Shown piece by piece: positions 61,250 through 64,000 of a stretch of 64,000 bases of DNA. The translations under genes and the position numbers were made by a program. The notes below the pieces were generated by a model. The model saw only the letters and a list, made by a program, of their open reading frames with translations. It had not been told where the DNA came from and made no database searches. Within the stretch, counting starts at the first letter, position 1. Each line of letters begins with the position of its first letter. Source of the stretch: Candidatus Bathyarchaeota archaeon (lineage in GTDB: Archaea; Thermoproteota; Bathyarchaeia; Bathyarchaeales; Bathycorpusculaceae); contig OY970340.1 of NCBI GenBank assembly GCA_963717465.1, positions 896,001 through 960,000 on the forward strand, in the 5' to 3' direction.

Positions 61250-63157
61250 TCATTTTCCGATTGTTGGTTTGCCTATCGCAGTTACAATAATTTCGGTTCC
61301 TTCTCCCATGGTTTTCACCTGCGTTTTTATTTGCGGGTCCTGTATTCCAGCTATTACTGTCCTCTCCCTCAATAGTCTAGTCGCCTCTGTTAAGGCATAA
61401 TTTCTTGCTGTGTCAGCAACTGTATAGACAGGTTTTTCGAGACCAAATATGCGTACTTGGTCTTCTACTGCAGGGTTAGGTATTATTTGCACTGTTACTG
61501 TTTCCACGACAACGCCGCTGATAGCTCCCACGGCGTTTCCGACTGCGTAATACGGTGGTAGGACAAGTTTGGTGTTGAGTCGTTCGCAAACTGGGGGCAT
61601 CATTAATCCAACTGGACCTCCAATAGCCACTATAGGCAAATTCGCCGTTATTTTTATTCCACAACGAGTTCCTTCACCTGATGAAGCTTTGTCTAATATA
61701 TATTCGCAAGTGTCACACACAGATTTTTCTCCAATTTCATCGAACAATAATTTTTTGGTGACCTCTTTGCATAATCTGTTATAAATAAGGTTCAGAGCTC
61801 CAATGACTAGTTCGCTTGGGCTTGCTCCCAAGTTTGATGCAAAGACACTAACTCCCTTCTTAGAAATCTCAACATCCCATTCTGTATAGGTGCCTTGGAA
61901 ATGAAATAGATCAGTAGGTGTTAAGCCAACTCCCTCAATTATGTACTGCGCTTTAAGGTCTTTAATAATCGTTTGTATGAGTGCTGCAGGCTTAGCTATT
62001 TCTTGAAGCAACTCGTTAAGTGTGACTGGCTGCAATCTTTCGATGGCACTAAAAACTTGTTGTTCAATCTTTTCAAGATTGGCATTTCTTGCACTATGCG
62101 CTATCAAGAAGTCAGTGCGCTTACTGGATTCAATTTTTTCTCGCAATTTTGGATATTTCTTAGCAGCAAGGCACAATGGGATTACCCTTTCAGGGCCAGC
62201 CCGCACGTAACCGTTGTTTATCCAGATTCGGCTGTCCCCTGCTAATCCAACAGTTCTCATGGATAAAGCTCTCACTCGAGTCCTCCAATCGCCTACGGAG
62301 GCTCCTTCAGAGTCAATTTGGCAGTTACCATCAATAACTATGCCTATGTCAGTGGATGTTCCTCCAATGTCAACAACTATAAAATCCTTAAGTTTAGATA
62401 GAACCACCGCCCCGACAGCGCTTGCAGCTGTTCCGGATAACATTGTTTCTACTGGTCTTTCGCGTGCAACTGCTTCGCTTGTTAGTGAACCGTCGCTTTT
62501 AACAACCATGAGAGGCGCATTGATACTTCTTTCAACAAGGCTCATCTTTATTTTGTCTAAAAATTCTTTGATTATGGGGAGCAATCGTGCATTAAGGTAT
62601 GCCGTAGTGGTTCTTGCATCCATGCCCAGTCTAGGCGACATCTCATGACCACAGATGACGGGTAAACCTGTTAATTCTTTAATTATTTCTCTTGTCCTTA
62701 TTTCATGCTCTGGGTTTCTGCAGCCGAAATAGGCTGAAACTGCAAATGCCTTAACTTTATTTGCCATAGATTCTACGGCTGATCTGACCGCCAATTCGTC
62801 TAAGGGCTCTATTTCCTCACCCATAAGGTCATGACCGCCCTTAACAAAAGCTTGATTGTTTCTTAGTTCTTTTATGTCGCCTGGCTGAATTAGTAGTGTT
62901 CCTACATTCCAGCCTTTGTTTTGAAGTATGGAGTTTGTGGCAAGTGTTGTGGAGACTGAAACAAGCTTAATCTCCTCGCCTTTGACGCGTCCTTGCCCGA
63001 ACGCATTATTGATAGAATTGATTATGCCAACAGAAAAATCGTAGGGAGTTGTTTTAGCTATGCCTATTTCAATAATTTCTCTTTTTTCAAGGTCAATGAT
63101 TACGCTTTGAGTGTTTGAACCTCCAGTGTCTGTGCCCATTCCTAAAACTTGTGGCAT
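61250..63157 (-). CDS. Hydantoinase/oxoprolinase-family (actin-like ATPase) protein
   Basis: DTGGSNT, STTLATN, RTTTAYLNARL, SDG, DIGGTSTD, GLAGDS, GNAVGA. Confidence 0.88.
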   Translation of the reverse strand: MPQVLGMGTDTGGSNTQSVIIDLEKREIIEIGIAKTTPYDFSVGIINSINNAFGQGRVKGEEIKLVSVSTTLATNSILQNKGWNVGTLLIQPGDIKELRNNQAFVKGGHDLMGEEIEPLDELAVRSAVESMANKVKAFAVSAYFGCRNPEHEIRTREIIKELTGLPVICGHEMSPRLGMDARTTTAYLNARLLPIIKEFLDKIKMSLVERSINAPLMVVKSDGSLTSEAVARERPVETMLSGTAASAVGAVVLSKLKDFIVVDIGGTSTDIGIVIDGNCQIDSEGASVGDWRTRVRALSMRTVGLAGDSRIWINNGYVRAGPERVIPLCLAAKKYPKLREKIESSKRTDFLIAHSARNANLEKIEQQVFSAIERLQPVTLNELLQEIAKPAALIQTIIKDLKAQYIIEGVGLTPTDLFHFQGTYTEWDVEISKKGVSVFASNLGASPSELVIGALNLIYNRLCKEVTKKLLFDEIGEKSVCDTCEYILDKASSGEGTRCGIKITANLPIVAIGGPVGLMMPPVCERLNTKLVLPPYYAVGNAVGAISGVVVETVTVQIIPNPAVEDQVRIFGLEKPVYTVADTARNYALTEATRLLRERTVIAGIQDPQIKTQVKTMGEGTEIIVTAIGKPTIGK

Positions 63158-63197
63158 TTCGGAATCCTCATTTTTAAGCCTTCAACTGGACGAGCGA

Positions 63198-64000
63198 CTA
63201 TTTTCGCAGGGTTGGTTTGCCAATAGCAGTCACGATAATTTCAGTTCCACATGAAATCGTAGTTTGTTTGGCATTTGCGATGTCTTCTTGGGAAATATGT
63301 TGCCCTAATTCGAAATACAGCATCGCCGCTTTCTCCCCTGTGGGTCTCACGGTCGTCTTTATACGCGGGTCCTCTATTCCAACCCTTAGAGCTCTCTCTC
63401 TTGCTAATCTGATTGCTTCTTCTAGTGCATAATTTCCTGCTCTGTCAGCAGGCATGTAAATTGGCTCTTCTAAACCAAATATGGCAGCTTCGCCTTCAAC
63501 TGAAGGATTGGGCATTATTTGTAATATTACTGTTTCCACGACGACGCCGCTGATGGCTCCCACGGCGTTTCCGACAGGGTAATATGACGGTAGAACAAGT
63601 TTAGTATTTAATCGTTCGCAAACTGGGGGCATGAGTAATCCAACAGGGCCTCCGATTGCCACAATAGGATAGTTCGCTGTCACTTTTATTCCGAAACGAC
63701 CTTGCCTGCCTGTTGCAGCTTTGTCTAATAGGTATTGGCAAGTGTCGCATGTGGATTCCTCTTCCATTTCATCAAACAATAATTTTTTGGCAATTTCTTT
63801 GTACACATTGTTATAAACAAAGTTTAAGGCTGCAGTTACTAGTTCTTCTGGGGTTATTTTCAAATTTTGGGCAAAGACGATAACTCCTTTTTTGGAAGTT
63901 TCAGCATCCCATTCCAAGAAAGTACCTTGATAATGAAACAGGTCTGTAGGTGTTAAGCCAACCCCTTCAATTATGTACTGCGCTTTAAAGGTTTTAATGG
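63198..64000 (-). CDS. Hydantoinase/oxoprolinase-family paralog, C-terminal part (runs off the window)
   Basis: Close match to the C-terminal third of 61250-63157 (GLTPTDLFH, IGGPVGL, GNAVGAISG). Confidence 0.85.
   Translation of the reverse strand, partial: IKTFKAQYIIEGVGLTPTDLFHYQGTFLEWDAETSKKGVIVFAQNLKITPEELVTAALNFVYNNVYKEIAKKLLFDEMEEESTCDTCQYLLDKAATGRQGRFGIKVTANYPIVAIGGPVGLLMPPVCERLNTKLVLPSYYPVGNAVGAISGVVVETVILQIMPNPSVEGEAAIFGLEEPIYMPADRAGNYALEEAIRLARERALRVGIEDPRIKTTVRPTGEKAAMLYFELGQHISQEDIANAKQTTISCGTEIIVTAIGKPTLRK

Overview
Archaeal genome fragment, probably Bathyarchaeia (inferred from gene content and style, not verified). From left to right it holds: the end of a surface-glycan cluster; a general-stress locus with six KGG/Em-GsiB-type hydrophilins, a DUF2795-like gene and Hsp20; an intron-containing tRNA-Arg(CCG); and a ~6.8 kb element integrated in tRNA-Val(TAC). 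That element has an att-split tyrosine integrase, an iteron-like array, an m6A DNA methyltransferase and an uncharacterised GHKL-ATPase/MTase-fold/HEPN-like operon (candidate defence system). Next come an accessory region (Moco oxidoreductase-PKD, PadR-ABC exporter, DUF996 paralogs, degenerate tRNA-Ile, structured RNA candidate) and a long housekeeping block (TFE, Trm56, HflX, MBF1, NAC, ThrRS, IlvE, AOR, ProRS, exosome/proteasome genes, ECF transporter). The most notable locus is a selenocysteine cassette: selD with an in-frame UGA at the catalytic UxxK position, followed by one ORF fusing PSTK to an archaeal-type SelB. Many genes, including essential ones, carry single-base frameshifts, most likely sequencing or assembly errors. 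All protein assignments come from motif recognition; no searches were run.
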